A stretch of 64,000 nucleotides of DNA from Herbinix sp. (GCA_029240245.1 JARBTJ010000001.1:63273-127272); one strand, 5' to 3'. Numbered from the stretch's first letter, positions 11,010-22,726 are shown. Program-made: numbers and translations. The notes: generated by a model from the letters alone, not told the origin.

Positions 11010-11885
11010 CTATTGTCGGTCCGTTGCTTCAAGGCATTCTTTCAGCTGTTGCTCAGCCTTATCTGTATCAATGCTATAAGCGCTGTTACTGTCGGTCCCT
11101 CTTATCATTTCAAAATAGACATCCAACAACGTAGTTTTACTATAACTTTCTAAATAATTCATTTTTCCGGTCAATGACAGGTTGGATTGTAAGAACGGAT
11201 ATATTTCCTCCAGATAATTGCTAATTGCCTGCATTGAAGTAAGTGTACTTAAAAATGTCCGATATTCCTCTGAAAATATCTCTTTGGGAAGTGTTCCCTT
11301 CTGACCCGCCTTCAGATTCTCCGTGCCAAAAACAGTAATATATAATTCCTTTGGAATCACCGTATAATAGCTGATCTTTATTTTTAATAAATCCTCCATA
11401 AGCAATACTCCGTAATCATAAACCGCATCCTGATCAAAATATTTTGTGATGTTTGATAGCTTTATTACCTGCGGTACGGACGGATTTACGGTAATCAGCC
11501 GGCGATATAAAATGTCCGTCATGGTAAACTGTGTTTTCACAGGGATTGTTATGTAACTAAGTTTTTTATTTTTACAATGAAAAATCTCTAAAAGAATCTT
11601 ATCAATTTTACCGGTTTGATTATCGATACAATAAATCAGATTTCTGGATACATCATCGACACTGGCTTCGTTTATACCCTCTTCTTTTATGATTTCTTCT
11701 TTATTTCTGCTTTCATCCTCACTTATGGAATAAGCTTCCACTATGTCTGTATCGGAAACCTTTAAATACCGTATGACCGCCCGGTAACTCAACACCCCTG
11801 CACCAAGTAAAATCAATACAATAAATATCGATTTTACAAAGCTTCTTATAAAAGTTCTTGCTGCTCTCTTTTTCAAGCCTTTCAC
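11010..11885 (-). CDS. Membrane-anchored hypothetical protein, possibly a degenerate LytR-CpsA-Psr (LCP) fold
   Basis: N-terminal TM helix; DKILL...KKLSYITIPVKT resembles the LCP D.IML...ISIPRDT segment but lacks the Arg. Confidence 0.45.
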   Translation of the reverse strand: MKGLKKRAARTFIRSFVKSIFIVLILLGAGVLSYRAVIRYLKVSDTDIVEAYSISEDESRNKEEIIKEEGINEASVDDVSRNLIYCIDNQTGKIDKILLEIFHCKNKKLSYITIPVKTQFTMTDILYRRLITVNPSVPQVIKLSNITKYFDQDAVYDYGVLLMEDLLKIKISYYTVIPKELYITVFGTENLKAGQKGTLPKEIFSEEYRTFLSTLTSMQAISNYLEEIYPFLQSNLSLTGKMNYLESYSKTTLLDVYFEMIRGTDSNSAYSIDTDKAEQQLKECLEATDRQ

Positions 11886-12020
11886 CTCGTATTTTCAACT
11901 AATTTTACCATATCGGTCTCTGTTAATCAACTTATCTTTCATTGGGAATGGGTGTATGATATAATCATTCATAAAATATCCATTTGGGTAAATATTATTA
12001 AATCAGATACTATTTTATTA

Positions 12021-12074
12021 AGGCAATTGCGAAACTCAAAATCTGTATTAAACTATATTGTTTCGCAAACACCT
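12021..12074. mobile_element. Short (54-bp, internally deleted) copy of a palindromic MITE-like element
   Basis: Termini AGGCAATTGCGAAAC / GTTTCGCAAACACCT; flanked by direct repeat ACTATTTTATT (12009-12019 and 12076-12086). Confidence 0.75.
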
Positions 12075-12095
12075 AACTATTTTATTGGTTGAAAG

Positions 12096-12836
12096 GTGGT
12101 ATTTATGAGCAGAAAAACGGTTTTGGTAACCGGCTCTTCCAGAGGAATCGGAAAGGCGATTGCCGTGAAATTTGCCAAGAAGGGTTATGATGTGATCATC
12201 AATTGTGCTCATCAGGAGGAGCTTCTTCAAAAGACAAAGGCTGAAATTGAAGCTTATCAGGTTTCCTGCCATGCATTTGTCGGGGATATGAGCAGATACG
12301 AAACTGCGAAGGAGCTCTTTGACCAGATTAAAAAATTATTCAACAACGTAGATGTCCTTGTTAATAATGCAGGGATTTCCTATATCGGTCTTTTCACTGA
12401 TATGACACCTGCCGATTGGGATAAGGTAATATCCACCAATTTAACCTCCGTATTTAATTGCTGCTCCTTAGCTGTCCCTGACATGGTGAGGAAAAAGTAT
12501 GGGAAAATCATCAACATTTCATCTGTTTGGGGAAATGTCGGGGCCTCCTGCGAAGTGGCATATTCCGCCTCAAAGGGCGGCATGAATGCCTTTACAAAAG
12601 CTCTGGCAAAGGAACTGGCTCCGAGCAATATTCAGGTAAATGCGGTTGCCTGCGGTGCGATCGATACTGAGATGAATCATTTCTTAGGGGATGACGAGTT
12701 ATTGCAGTTGATTGAAGAAATACCGGCAAACCGGTTAGGTCGTGCCGATGAAGTTGCAGATCTTGTTTATCATCTGGCCTATAAAAACGAATATTTAACC
12801 GGGCAGATTATCAGCCTGGATGGAGGCTGGATTTAG
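12096..12836 (+). CDS. SDR oxidoreductase, FabG/YmfI-like (likely start ATG 12105)
   Basis: TGSSRGIG, NNAG, YSASK; SSVWGNVGASCEVAY is typical of YmfI-like SDRs. Confidence 0.85.
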   Translation: MVFMSRKTVLVTGSSRGIGKAIAVKFAKKGYDVIINCAHQEELLQKTKAEIEAYQVSCHAFVGDMSRYETAKELFDQIKKLFNNVDVLVNNAGISYIGLFTDMTPADWDKVISTNLTSVFNCCSLAVPDMVRKKYGKIINISSVWGNVGASCEVAYSASKGGMNAFTKALAKELAPSNIQVNAVACGAIDTEMNHFLGDDELLQLIEEIPANRLGRADEVADLVYHLAYKNEYLTGQIISLDGGWI

Positions 12837-12851
12837 TTGCTTATTAAACCG

Positions 12852-12897
12852 TTAAAATACCGCCACAAGCTTGTCTAGCTTTGCGGCGGTATTTTAA
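12852..12897. terminator. Bidirectional intrinsic terminator between the convergent SDR and MCP genes
   Basis: TTAAAATACCGCC...GGCGGTATTTTAA inverted repeat. Confidence 0.8.
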
Positions 12898-12957
12898 GTT
12901 GTCCGGACGGACTATATCGAATATGCCAAGGATATTGGGGGGTAACCTGGCTGAGGA

Positions 12958-14952
12958 TTAACGTTTTATTTGGAATTTCATAATTAAATCCTGTAAATTT
13001 TGTGCCAGCGTAGAAAGATCTTCACTCGCGCCCGCAATTTCTACAACCGTAGCGGTCTGTTCTTCCATGGAAGCTGTAACTTCCTCCGTAGCAGCGGAAT
13101 ATTCCTCTACAATTGATGAAATATTCAAAAAAGTCTCTATGATATCGTTTTTCATCTTATCCATCGCTTCGCCCGAAACATTCATACGCTCCACCGTACT
13201 TACCGAATCCCTCATGGCCTGTGCAATTAGCAAATATTTATTCTTATTGTTTTCCACACTGTCTGCCTGTTCTTTTGTAATGTCGGATACTCGTTCCATT
13301 GTTTTCACCGCATTCAATGCGTTGTTCTGCAATTCCTCAACAATATACTTTATTTCTTTCGTGGAGACAGAGGATTGCTCTGCTAATTTTTTAATTTGTT
13401 CTGCCACCACAGTGAAGCCCCTTCCGGCTTCTCCTGCTCTGGCAGCTTCAATTGATGCGTTTAATGCCAGTAGGTTGGTCTGTTGTGCTATGGAGGCTAT
13501 TACGCTGCTCGCTTGTTCTATTTTTTCTGAGCTGTCCTTCGTCTTAATGATTACATCGAATATTTCCTTGGTGGCTACCATACTCTCACCAGTAATCTTT
13601 GTAAGCTCATCTATCTCATGAAGGCCTTCTTCTACAACCGAGGTAACCTTATTCGTAGCGGTGTTTAATTCCTTGCGGTATCCAAAATCCTTTTCAATTG
13701 CTTCCCCTAGCAAGGAAGCCTTTAAGGAGCCTTCTTCCGTATCCTTCGCTTGATCGGAAGCGCTTTTTGCTATCTGCTGTATCGTCAAAGATATTTCTTC
13801 CGCTGCCGATGCAGATTGCTCAGAAGCGGCGGTCAACTCCTCGGAGGAAGCCGCTACCAGCTCGGAGGAGTTATGAATATCTCCAATAATTTGCCTGAGC
13901 TTATCTGTAACCACCTGCATTGCCTTAGACAAGGTACCTATTTCATCTTTTCTTATTAAATATTTATGGGGAATATCCTGAGTAATATCCAAGGCGGCGA
14001 TTCTCTCCGAATGCTTTACGGACTGAATAATCGGGTTTACCAGAGAATTCCCGATGAATAGTGCAAGGGCTACCCCTGCTGCCATTAGAAAGAGTGCAAC
14101 AAATAAGATAATTCTCTGTAAAGGCCCGACGGCTGATAGAACTTCACTTTTGTCAGCTGTAATAACTAAATACCAGTCGCTGCCCTCCACCGGTGTATAG
14201 CCGGCATAAAGCACTTTCCCATCAAATTCATATTCCCTGACACCTGTTTTCTCAGCGATGATATGCTCAAACAGTGTTGCTACTGACTGCAGGGATTTAT
14301 CTTCTATTGATGCCTTCAACGGATTCCATTGCTCAAATACCTTTTCCCTATCCGGATGAGCAATCATTGTTCCGCTGCTATTTATCATGTAAGCGTAGCC
14401 ACTTTCACCAAGACCAGCATCCTCAATGATACTGCTTAGGGCATCTCCATCCCTGCGTCCCACTAAGGCACCAACGATCTTCCCATCCTTTTTAATAGGA
14501 GTGGCATACATAAGAACTAAAGAATTTGTCACCCGGCTGATTAGCAAATCAGATACATTTGTTTCACCTGCCAAAGCCTTCTTAACATATTCACGGTCAC
14601 CCAGCTGATTCGTACTTCCATCTGTGTAGGAGACAGATCCATCCAGCTGAAGCACTCCGATATCCAGAAAACCCGTGGTTTCTAACTGTTGTTTCAGTAT
14701 CGGCTGCTGATCCTCCCAAACCATACTTTGCATATCGGGATTGGAAGCCAGCACCTCCATGGTGGTCTTTTGAGTAACAATGCGGCTTTCGGATAATCTC
14801 GCTGTATCATATGCCATGGTTGCCAAAGCTTTTTCCGATTCATCTTGGAGCGCTTTACTTGATACCTGTACCGAAACAGTTCCTAAAAAAATCGATAGAA
14901 GTAAAATTAATGCAGTAAAATACAATAACAATTTCGTTTTAACACTATTCAT
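12958..14952 (-). CDS. Methyl-accepting chemotaxis protein (dCache-HAMP-MCP)
   Basis: Two TM helices, Cache-like [46 protein letters not shown]. Confidence 0.95.
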   Translation of the reverse strand: MNSVKTKLLLYFTALILLLSIFLGTVSVQVSSKALQDESEKALATMAYDTARLSESRIVTQKTTMEVLASNPDMQSMVWEDQQPILKQQLETTGFLDIGVLQLDGSVSYTDGSTNQLGDREYVKKALAGETNVSDLLISRVTNSLVLMYATPIKKDGKIVGALVGRRDGDALSSIIEDAGLGESGYAYMINSSGTMIAHPDREKVFEQWNPLKASIEDKSLQSVATLFEHIIAEKTGVREYEFDGKVLYAGYTPVEGSDWYLVITADKSEVLSAVGPLQRIILFVALFLMAAGVALALFIGNSLVNPIIQSVKHSERIAALDITQDIPHKYLIRKDEIGTLSKAMQVVTDKLRQIIGDIHNSSELVAASSEELTAASEQSASAAEEISLTIQQIAKSASDQAKDTEEGSLKASLLGEAIEKDFGYRKELNTATNKVTSVVEEGLHEIDELTKITGESMVATKEIFDVIIKTKDSSEKIEQASSVIASIAQQTNLLALNASIEAARAGEAGRGFTVVAEQIKKLAEQSSVSTKEIKYIVEELQNNALNAVKTMERVSDITKEQADSVENNKNKYLLIAQAMRDSVSTVERMNVSGEAMDKMKNDIIETFLNISSIVEEYSAATEEVTASMEEQTATVVEIAGASEDLSTLAQNLQDLIMKFQIKR

Positions 14953-14974
14953 TCAATTCTCCTTCCACATTTTC

Positions 14975-17434
14975 CTAGTCGTTATGACCAATGCCATTCC
15001 CTTTTATCAATTTAACTTCAATTTCTTCTACCGGAAGCGGTTTACTAAACAGATAGCCTTGCCCCAGATGGCATCCAAGCTTTTTCAAGTATAGTAGTTG
15101 TTCCGTAGTTTCTATCCCTTCTGCTACCACAACAAGATTTAAGGTTTTCGCCATTGCTATGATTGACCTTACTAAGTTTTGTCTCCTGCAAACATTAACC
15201 AGGTCATCAATAAACACTTTATCTATTTTTAATTTATCCAGTTCAAACAGATCCAGTTGCCCCAAGGATGAAAATCCCGTTCCGAAATCATCCATGGATA
15301 TTCGAAGCCCAAGCTTCTTAATCCTTCGTAAATTTTTGATAATGGTTGGCAAATCGCCAGAAGTAACACTTTCTGTAATCTCTAATTCTATGAGGTTAGG
15401 GTCGATTTGGTACTTTTTCATGATTTTTATCAATTTATTTGAAAAGCCCATCTGTTCCAATTGTTTTACCGATATATTCACAGCAACCGGGACAACCAAA
15501 TATTTCGAATTCTGCCATAACTTTATCTGTCGACAGACGTGTTCAAATACCCAATCTCCTATTTCAATGATTAAGCCTGTCTTTTCCGCTATGGGTATAA
15601 ACTTATTCGGTGAAATCATTCCTAACTTTGTATTGTTCCAGCGAAGTAATGCTTCCAGTCCTATGATTTTTCCATCGGTTATATCAAAAATCGGTTGATA
15701 ATAAATGGATAACTCATTTTTTGTTATCGCTCTTACCAAATGGTTAGCCAAAAAAAACTTCATTTCTATTTCCTTCGACATTTCAACGGAATAAAAACAT
15801 ATTTTATCTTCCATGCGTTCCTTTGCTCTGGTCATTGCGATATCAGCATAACGGATTAGGGTTTCTGCCTCGGTGGCATGACTCGGAAACGTGCTGATAC
15901 CGATATTCGCATATACATGTATGACGGTTCCATCTATTGTAAAGGGTCTCCGAATACTAATTAACAATTTTTTAGCAAAGGTTTCCACATCCATGTCTTT
16001 GATTTTAAACAATATTGCAAAAACATCACCGCTGAACCTGGATAACAGATTTTCCTTATTCATCATTAATTGAAGTCTCTTGGACAACTTTAAAAGGATT
16101 TTATCACCGATTAAATGCCCCAGAGAATCATTCATATCTTTAAAGCTCGCTAAGTTAATAATAATTACTGCAAATTTATCTGTATCCCTTCCATTGGTCT
16201 GTATACGTTGGTCAAGCTTCTCAATAAAATAATTCCGGTTATAAAGGCCGGTCAGGGAATCCTTCTGCTGAAGATCGCACATTCTGCGGTCTATCTTCTT
16301 TTTCTCGGATAAGTCCTTGAAGATACCGACATAATGAGTAACCTCATTTTTTTCATTTATAATACCCTTAATCGTCAGCCATTCCGAATAGATATCACCT
16401 CTTTTATTCTTATTCCATATTTCATTACTCCATTTGGATTTTGTTTTTAACTGCTCCCACATGTTTTTATAAAATTCTGCATCATGTATTCCGGATTTTA
16501 AAATACTGGTTTTCTTGCCTGAAATTTCTGCAGTGGTATAACCGGTAATATCCGTAAATGCCTTATTCACCCACTCTATACAACCACTCGTGTCTGTAAT
16601 GACGACCCCTTCCGAATTGTTCTCTAATATCTTTCGGAACAAAAGAAGCTGCTTCTCATAGGCTTTCTTCCGGAAAATATCAATGTATATAACATAAACT
16701 CCAATCACTTCCTGATGGCTGATGACGGGATATCCCAAAATCTCAACTTCGATTAATTTACCGTCCTTGCGCTTTCGTATCCCCTCCTGCTTCACAATAT
16801 CGCCATGATATACCAAATGAAGATTCGTATCAATCTGCTCTTTGCTTTGATCTGTTGATACAATCTGGTTGATCGACTGTCCGATCACATCCCTTTCCGG
16901 ATATAAGAAAAGCTTAGTAAAGTTATGATTCACATTTCTTATCTTTTGCTCTTTATCTAAAATCGCTACTGCATAGGGCGAATGTATGAACAAATTATCA
17001 AACATTAACTTTTGCTTTAGCTTTTCGGAAACATCATGAATAAAAGATACTAGGAGTTTTTTGCTTCTTAAATCAATCGGAAAACTGTAAACCTCAACTT
17101 CCCTTAGTTCGTTATTTGCTAATCGATGGGTAAATTGAAAATAGTTCCGCTTTTCTCTTTGCGCACGGTTGATTTCTTTCTTAACTTGTTCCTCGCTTAA
17201 TATATTAATATCTTGTATCCGCATCGACACTAACTTGCTTTTATGATAGCCATAATATTTGACCGCTGCCTTATTCCCTTCTACGATAGCTCCGTTTGCA
17301 GGATCAATGAGCAGAATAATACTGTTACCGTTATCAAATATCACACGATACAAATCTTCCTTACTATCAAATTCCCCGGAAAGATTATTTATGGCCTTTA
17401 AATCGTCATTGTTATTACTCATCGATTTATTCAT
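14975..17434 (-). CDS. Multi-PAS GGDEF-EAL protein, probably a c-di-GMP phosphodiesterase
   Basis: Three PAS-like repeats; GGDEF degenerate (RFSGDVF); EALLRW, LEITES, DDFGTGFS, AEGIET intact. Confidence 0.9.
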   Translation of the reverse strand: MNKSMSNNNDDLKAINNLSGEFDSKEDLYRVIFDNGNSIILLIDPANGAIVEGNKAAVKYYGYHKSKLVSMRIQDINILSEEQVKKEINRAQREKRNYFQFTHRLANNELREVEVYSFPIDLRSKKLLVSFIHDVSEKLKQKLMFDNLFIHSPYAVAILDKEQKIRNVNHNFTKLFLYPERDVIGQSINQIVSTDQSKEQIDTNLHLVYHGDIVKQEGIRKRKDGKLIEVEILGYPVISHQEVIGVYVIYIDIFRKKAYEKQLLLFRKILENNSEGVVITDTSGCIEWVNKAFTDITGYTTAEISGKKTSILKSGIHDAEFYKNMWEQLKTKSKWSNEIWNKNKRGDIYSEWLTIKGIINEKNEVTHYVGIFKDLSEKKKIDRRMCDLQQKDSLTGLYNRNYFIEKLDQRIQTNGRDTDKFAVIIINLASFKDMNDSLGHLIGDKILLKLSKRLQLMMNKENLLSRFSGDVFAILFKIKDMDVETFAKKLLISIRRPFTIDGTVIHVYANIGISTFPSHATEAETLIRYADIAMTRAKERMEDKICFYSVEMSKEIEMKFFLANHLVRAITKNELSIYYQPIFDITDGKIIGLEALLRWNNTKLGMISPNKFIPIAEKTGLIIEIGDWVFEHVCRQIKLWQNSKYLVVPVAVNISVKQLEQMGFSNKLIKIMKKYQIDPNLIELEITESVTSGDLPTIIKNLRRIKKLGLRISMDDFGTGFSSLGQLDLFELDKLKIDKVFIDDLVNVCRRQNLVRSIIAMAKTLNLVVVAEGIETTEQLLYLKKLGCHLGQGYLFSKPLPVEEIEVKLIKGNGIGHND

Positions 17435-17449
17435 TCTGATATCCTCATA

Positions 17450-18043
17450 TCAACCGTTCAACATCGTACAGTTCCAAAATTTATTCCACAGATGATCCAA
17501 CTCTGAGCCGGATAATCTAATGTTTGATAAAATCATATCTGTGACATGCAGATTAACAAACTTTCTATACTCTCGAAGGTATTCCTTTAGACTTCTGTTA
17601 TCATAAAGCAATTTATTATCCATGCATTGTTTTATTATCACCTGGATTAGCTCATTTTCCTGGTTTGTCCAGTATTTATATTTTTCGACTATAACCACAG
17701 CAATCTCTTCCGGTGGAAACAAATGATACCGAAGTAAAAATTTAAACTTAATCATATCACGAATATTATACTCAATCGTATTTTTAAACAAATGATATAA
17801 TTTTGTATCAGGTGCCGTCTTCTCGGCTAATTCCGGTATATTCCGCATGCATTCGAGTTCTTCACTCCATATGTCATCATAGATAGAAAAAAACAATTCC
17901 TGTTTTGACTTATAATAAAAATACATAGAAGCCGCTTTAATATCCACTCTGCTGCAGATATCCCTTATATTGGTTGCCTCATATCCACGTTCTAAGAATA
18001 ACTTAAATGCGGTATATCTAATCTTATCGTTCGTTGTATTCAT
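17450..18043 (-). CDS. TetR/AcrR-family transcriptional regulator
   Basis: AFKLFLERGYEATNIRDI...SMYFYYKSKQELF. Confidence 0.92.
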   Translation of the reverse strand: MNTTNDKIRYTAFKLFLERGYEATNIRDICSRVDIKAASMYFYYKSKQELFFSIYDDIWSEELECMRNIPELAEKTAPDTKLYHLFKNTIEYNIRDMIKFKFLLRYHLFPPEEIAVVIVEKYKYWTNQENELIQVIIKQCMDNKLLYDNRSLKEYLREYRKFVNLHVTDMILSNIRLSGSELDHLWNKFWNCTMLNG

Positions 18044-18080
18044 CTTATCCGTTGGTTACCCCCGTTGGTTCCCGCCATTC

Positions 18081-18110
18081 ATTTACCTAACGCTTGTTAG
18101 GTAAATTATA
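18081..18110 (-). promoter_or_regulatory. Perfect 11-bp inverted repeat (putative TetR operator) abutting an extended -10
   Basis: ATTTACCTAAC-gctt-GTTAGGTAAAT at 18081-18106; minus-strand TGCTATAAT immediately upstream. Confidence 0.75.
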
Positions 18111-18201
18111 GCATAATATCCCATATGTTGCAATATATTTTATTTTTTTTGAAGATATGCCAAAAAATGACAGCATCAGGATAAAATGCTGTCATCTTTT
18201 A

Positions 18202-20847
18202 TTATAATTTAAGATAATATTCTAAAATGCTGTAAAAATGATCTACTTCAAACGGCTTTGCGATATAGTCATTCATTCCGGCCAAAATGCATTTGTCTTT
18301 GTCCTCACGCATAGCATACGCGGTAATCGCAATGATTGGAATCCCATTTTCTCCGGTAAATTCTCTGCGGATTATCTCCGTCGTATCAAATCCATCCAGT
18401 TCCGGCAGCTGAATATCCATCAGGATTAAATCCACCTTGTTATTCTTCAATATCTCCAGGGCTTCCTTTCCATTATAAGCCGACAAATAATGATATCCCT
18501 TTCGTGTAATTAAGCTCTCCAATACTTCCTGGCTGTATAGATTGTCCTCAACACATAGCACCGTTTTCTCCGGTTTTACCTCTTTCTCATGATCTTTATT
18601 AATATAATCTTTGGAGCTACCCACTTCCGGCTTTTGCTTTTGAAATTCACAGCAAAATATAAATGTACTGCCTTCACCGACTTTACTTTCAAAAGTGATA
18701 TCACCCTGCATCAAAAATGACAATTTCTTTGCTATCGCAAGCCCCAGGCCAGCTCCCGCATATTTCTTCTTATAGGATAAATCACCCTGACTGAAATTAT
18801 TAAATATCTTATCTTTAAAACTGTCTTCGATTCCAATCCCGGAATCCTTGATGCGAAATTCAATTCTTACCATATTATCATCTTCAGAAGCTTTTTTGAT
18901 CCGAAAGGAAACAAATCCTTGCTCTGTAAATTTGATTGCATTATAAATTATATTTGTTAATATCTGTTTTAACCTGATTTCGTCTCCTATAACAGGGAAG
19001 TGTATCTCCGGATCCAGGTAATAGCTTGTTTCCAAGCCTTTCGAATTACCGATCACCATAAGATTATTGTATAAGTTATTGACCGTTTCCCTTAAATCAA
19101 ATGGCTCTTGATTAATATGAATCGTTCCCGATTCAATTTTTGAGATATCAAGTATGTCATTAATGATTGCCATTAATGTATCCGATGAATCTTTTAGTAT
19201 CTGCAGATATTTACTCTGTTCTTTGCTGATGCTTGAAAGCTGGAAAAGCTGCACGATACCATTGATGGCATTCATGGGTGTCCGTAGCTCATGACTGATA
19301 TTAGCCAAAAATACCGATTTAGCGTTATTGGCGTTTTCTGCCTCGCGCCTTAATAGCTCCAACTGTTCACATTGTTCCTGCAATTTAAGTTCAATCCTCT
19401 TACGATCCGATATTTCCTCATTCGTACCAACCATCCTAAGAGGCTTACCGTCTTTTGTCCACTCAATAATTTTACCCTTAGTCCTAATCCATTTATACTC
19501 GCCACTTTTGCATTTCATACGGTATTCAATAACATATTCTTCTCCATTTAAATGCTTATGATATTGATTAAATATCTTTGTTATATCCTCCGGATGGAGC
19601 AGGCTTTTATATTTTTCAATACTGTCTAAGATATTATCCTCGCCATAACCCAGAATTTCTTTCCAGCTGTTATGATGAACAATCGTTTTCGCCTGCAAAT
19701 CCTCATCCCAGATCCCAAACCGTCCGCCCTCCAGGGCAAGTCTTGCACGTTCTTCATAATCCTTTAATTTTTTAGCCATTTCTTTCTTTTCTGAGATGTC
19801 CTTATATATTCCTATGCCTCCGGCAAACATTCCATCCAAATCAAAAATCGGTGCAAGTGACATCGAAATATCCACCAGTCTGCCATCCTTATGAATTCTT
19901 AAGGTTTCCAGATCAAATATGACATTTCCCTCTTGAAGCCTTTTAATGTTTTGTTCAAACTCATCTAATTTGTCTTCAGGTATAATAGTACGAATATTTT
20001 TTCCGATAATCTCTTCTTTATGATAGCCAAGCTTAGACTCTGCGCCTTTATTCCATAGCGATATATCAAAATCCTTTGTCAAACCCACTAAGGTATCATC
20101 AAAAATGTCCTGAGCTGCAGAAAACATAGTTGCGGTATTCGATAGTTTCTCCAACTGCGTATTGTCGCTTATGATGCTGATTACAAATTTTCTGCAATCC
20201 TCTTTTCCATAGATTGACCTGACCTTAACCGGTAATTTATAACCGTCTTTTGTGTAATGATAGGTACAAAATTCGATCCCCTTTTCGAAAGCTTCCTCCA
20301 GTTGCCTTTTTGAATTATCCAACTTGTCATAATTACGCAGTTCAAAGACACTCATATTGGTTAAATCCTCATAGGAATATCCATAAACTGCAACTGCTCT
20401 CTTATTTCCGTATGTAATATTACCTTTCTCATCAACGATCAAAATGATGTCCATTAAATTATCCAGGTAATTGATATTAGTGCAATTTTGTTGACGCACT
20501 AATACTTCACCCTGTTTAAAATAGGTACAATGGAGATATTTTTCATTCAGCCAATGGATTTGCATCACAAACACCTGATTGTAACTATTTATTGTTTCTA
20601 TCGCCACCTTATAATTCTTGTCCGATGTCACAAAATTTTCGAGTAATTTTTTTATAGCCGGGCATCTTAAGTTACCGTTTTGTTCGGATATCAAACATAA
20701 ATCCGGATCAGACCTATAGTAGTCATTCATAAATAATACAGGAAAATCAATAGCCTTCTGATTCGCATCATACACAGGCTCATATATGCAGATTCCGCTA
20801 TCAACACAATTATAATAAGCCAATTCTTCTTTTGTTAAATTCAACAT
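18202..20847 (-). CDS. Soluble PAS-domain hybrid sensor histidine kinase/response regulator
   Basis: FLANISHELRTPM H-box, NAIKFT, DSGIGI, GAGLGL, C-terminal REC (LMDIQLP...KPF). Confidence 0.93.
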   Translation of the reverse strand: MLNLTKEELAYYNCVDSGICIYEPVYDANQKAIDFPVLFMNDYYRSDPDLCLISEQNGNLRCPAIKKLLENFVTSDKNYKVAIETINSYNQVFVMQIHWLNEKYLHCTYFKQGEVLVRQQNCTNINYLDNLMDIILIVDEKGNITYGNKRAVAVYGYSYEDLTNMSVFELRNYDKLDNSKRQLEEAFEKGIEFCTYHYTKDGYKLPVKVRSIYGKEDCRKFVISIISDNTQLEKLSNTATMFSAAQDIFDDTLVGLTKDFDISLWNKGAESKLGYHKEEIIGKNIRTIIPEDKLDEFEQNIKRLQEGNVIFDLETLRIHKDGRLVDISMSLAPIFDLDGMFAGGIGIYKDISEKKEMAKKLKDYEERARLALEGGRFGIWDEDLQAKTIVHHNSWKEILGYGEDNILDSIEKYKSLLHPEDITKIFNQYHKHLNGEEYVIEYRMKCKSGEYKWIRTKGKIIEWTKDGKPLRMVGTNEEISDRKRIELKLQEQCEQLELLRREAENANNAKSVFLANISHELRTPMNAINGIVQLFQLSSISKEQSKYLQILKDSSDTLMAIINDILDISKIESGTIHINQEPFDLRETVNNLYNNLMVIGNSKGLETSYYLDPEIHFPVIGDEIRLKQILTNIIYNAIKFTEQGFVSFRIKKASEDDNMVRIEFRIKDSGIGIEDSFKDKIFNNFSQGDLSYKKKYAGAGLGLAIAKKLSFLMQGDITFESKVGEGSTFIFCCEFQKQKPEVGSSKDYINKDHEKEVKPEKTVLCVEDNLYSQEVLESLITRKGYHYLSAYNGKEALEILKNNKVDLILMDIQLPELDGFDTTEIIRREFTGENGIPIIAITAYAMREDKDKCILAGMNDYIAKPFEVDHFYSILEYYLKL

Positions 20848-21334
20848 GATAAACCTCCTGTATTTCCTTATGAATTCTCTTATTCAACAATTATGAAACG
20901 ATCTTGTATTTGCTATTATACTCACAACACATACCATTCCTGTGTACATCGCTACCAATAAGCTCAACTTTTACTCCGGGATAATATAAGATGTTTGTGC
21001 ATTTCATTTCGATTGTGAATTTTGCAACTGATTAATACTCTTATTGTAGCGTATCCAACTTTTCATGTCTATATCTATCATGATATCTTTCCACGCAAGG
21101 CCTGGATGATCGCTCAATTATGCCGGAAAATGATTTATTCTAACTCGGTATTCAAGATCAGGATTAACCTTCCTCAACCCCTACAATCAAATAAGAATCT
21201 GTGGTTAGTATAAATTAACTACCAAGAGAGAACTGTTCCTCCCAGAAATTAATTATATAAAACAACAGATCCTTATCGAATTTCGCTTTAATTGTGTCTA
21301 ATTATTGGAAAATAAGCACTTTATAGACCTTAGC

Positions 21335-21943
21335 CTAAAATCCAAATAGAATTATAAAAATCAATATAAGGAAGGATAACGGAAATGCAATTTGTAATGG
21401 GATAACAAAACCACCCTCCTTACCGGCACGTTTCCTTTTCATACTGATTAGCCCCAGCGCCACAGTAATTGCCAGAAAACCGAATACGATTCCCTCCACC
21501 AAAATGCTATACCCAGCTCCTGTAATACCATGCATTATATATAACACGCTCATTAAGGAGTACAAAATATCCACCAAGAAAATCAATCGCATCCAACGGT
21601 TTTGCATTTCATACAGTGATTGTTTATCGGTATAGATCTTTGCCTCCTGTTCCTCCATATCCTCCCGGTAAGGCTTTCTAAAATAATGCCATCCATTAAA
21701 AGTTGAATTGATATATTCCCATCCCTGCTCCTCAAAGATTTCGCGGTAGCGAATGGGATCTATTCTTGTATTATAATCCAGTTGATAAATATATCGGACA
21801 TTAGAATTTTTTATAAATTTCGAGTGAAAGCAACCGCCCTTAATTAGCTGCAGTCCATTCTTAGATGCCGCATTTAAATCCTGCTCTTCCTTATCATATT
21901 CCCAAGCAGCATACACATCGTATTTTGTAACGATATGACTCAT
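21335..21943 (-). CDS. DUF2812-like membrane protein
   Basis: EEQDLN...YIYQLDY...YREIFEEQGWEYI..GWHYFRK plus C-terminal TM helices; next to PadR as is usual. Confidence 0.75.
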   Translation of the reverse strand: MSHIVTKYDVYAAWEYDKEEQDLNAASKNGLQLIKGGCFHSKFIKNSNVRYIYQLDYNTRIDPIRYREIFEEQGWEYINSTFNGWHYFRKPYREDMEEQEAKIYTDKQSLYEMQNRWMRLIFLVDILYSLMSVLYIMHGITGAGYSILVEGIVFGFLAITVALGLISMKRKRAGKEGGFVIPLQIAFPLSFLILIFIILFGF

Positions 21944-22272
21944 AATAATCCTCCTCTGATCACAATCTCAGATCCGTCTATTAACCTCTTCAGCCTCTTT
22001 ATTTCCTCTTCCAGTACGGTTTTACCAAGTGGTGTCAGTTCATAGAGACGTTTTCTCTTGTCATCGGGATTTTGACTTAGTTTTTCCCGTATCCATTCTT
22101 TGTTCATCATACTACTGGTTGCACCGTACATCGTTCCCGATCCGATTACAACCTGCCCGCCTGATAATTTTTCGGTATCCTGCATGATACCATAGCCATG
22201 GTTCGGCTTGTTATAAAGGCAAAGCAGGATGTAATAATAACTCTCCGTCAGTGGTTCATTCCTTATTTTCAC
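21940..22272 (-). CDS. PadR-family transcriptional regulator
   Basis: LTESYYYILL...HGYGIMQ...GSGTMYG...RKRLYELTPLG. Confidence 0.92.
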   Translation of the reverse strand: MKIRNEPLTESYYYILLCLYNKPNHGYGIMQDTEKLSGGQVVIGSGTMYGATSSMMNKEWIREKLSQNPDDKRKRLYELTPLGKTVLEEEIKRLKRLIDGSEIVIRGGLL

Positions 22273-22492
22273 TATAACGCTCCTCCTTCACAAGCATCTT
22301 TTCTTTTGCCAATTGCAGCATGCTTATAATAATGAGTATCGATGCTGTCAAGGACACCAGGATGCTGATAACGTCTGGAACTCTGACCATATATCGATTC
22401 GTTAATACAAGTGCGCTATTTAACAGCAATCCAAGAGACAATAAAGGTAAATATCTGCCGAAGGACTGCAGATTTTTCTGACATGTTTTCAT
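22256..22492 (-). CDS. Small two-TM membrane protein
   Basis: RBS GGAGG upstream, two hydrophobic segments, overlaps the padR start. Confidence 0.55.
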   Translation of the reverse strand: MKTCQKNLQSFGRYLPLLSLGLLLNSALVLTNRYMVRVPDVISILVSLTASILIIISMLQLAKEKMLVKEERYSENKE

Positions 22493-22726
22493 TCTATGAC
22501 CTCCAATAACAATATTTATTTGTCAACGCTTATAACTGCAAATGTTAAATCACTCGCTTGTGATGCCGATCTTATCTTAGCAATACGCGGCACTTAACCT
22601 ATCAACGTTTCCTGTATTACAGTGTAATATTTCGTTAGTATCTATGGTACAGTTTCGTATGACTCTTATATATTGATGCAGTTTTGAATTACATTGTTAA
22701 AAATCACTGTTTAATAGGTCGACACG

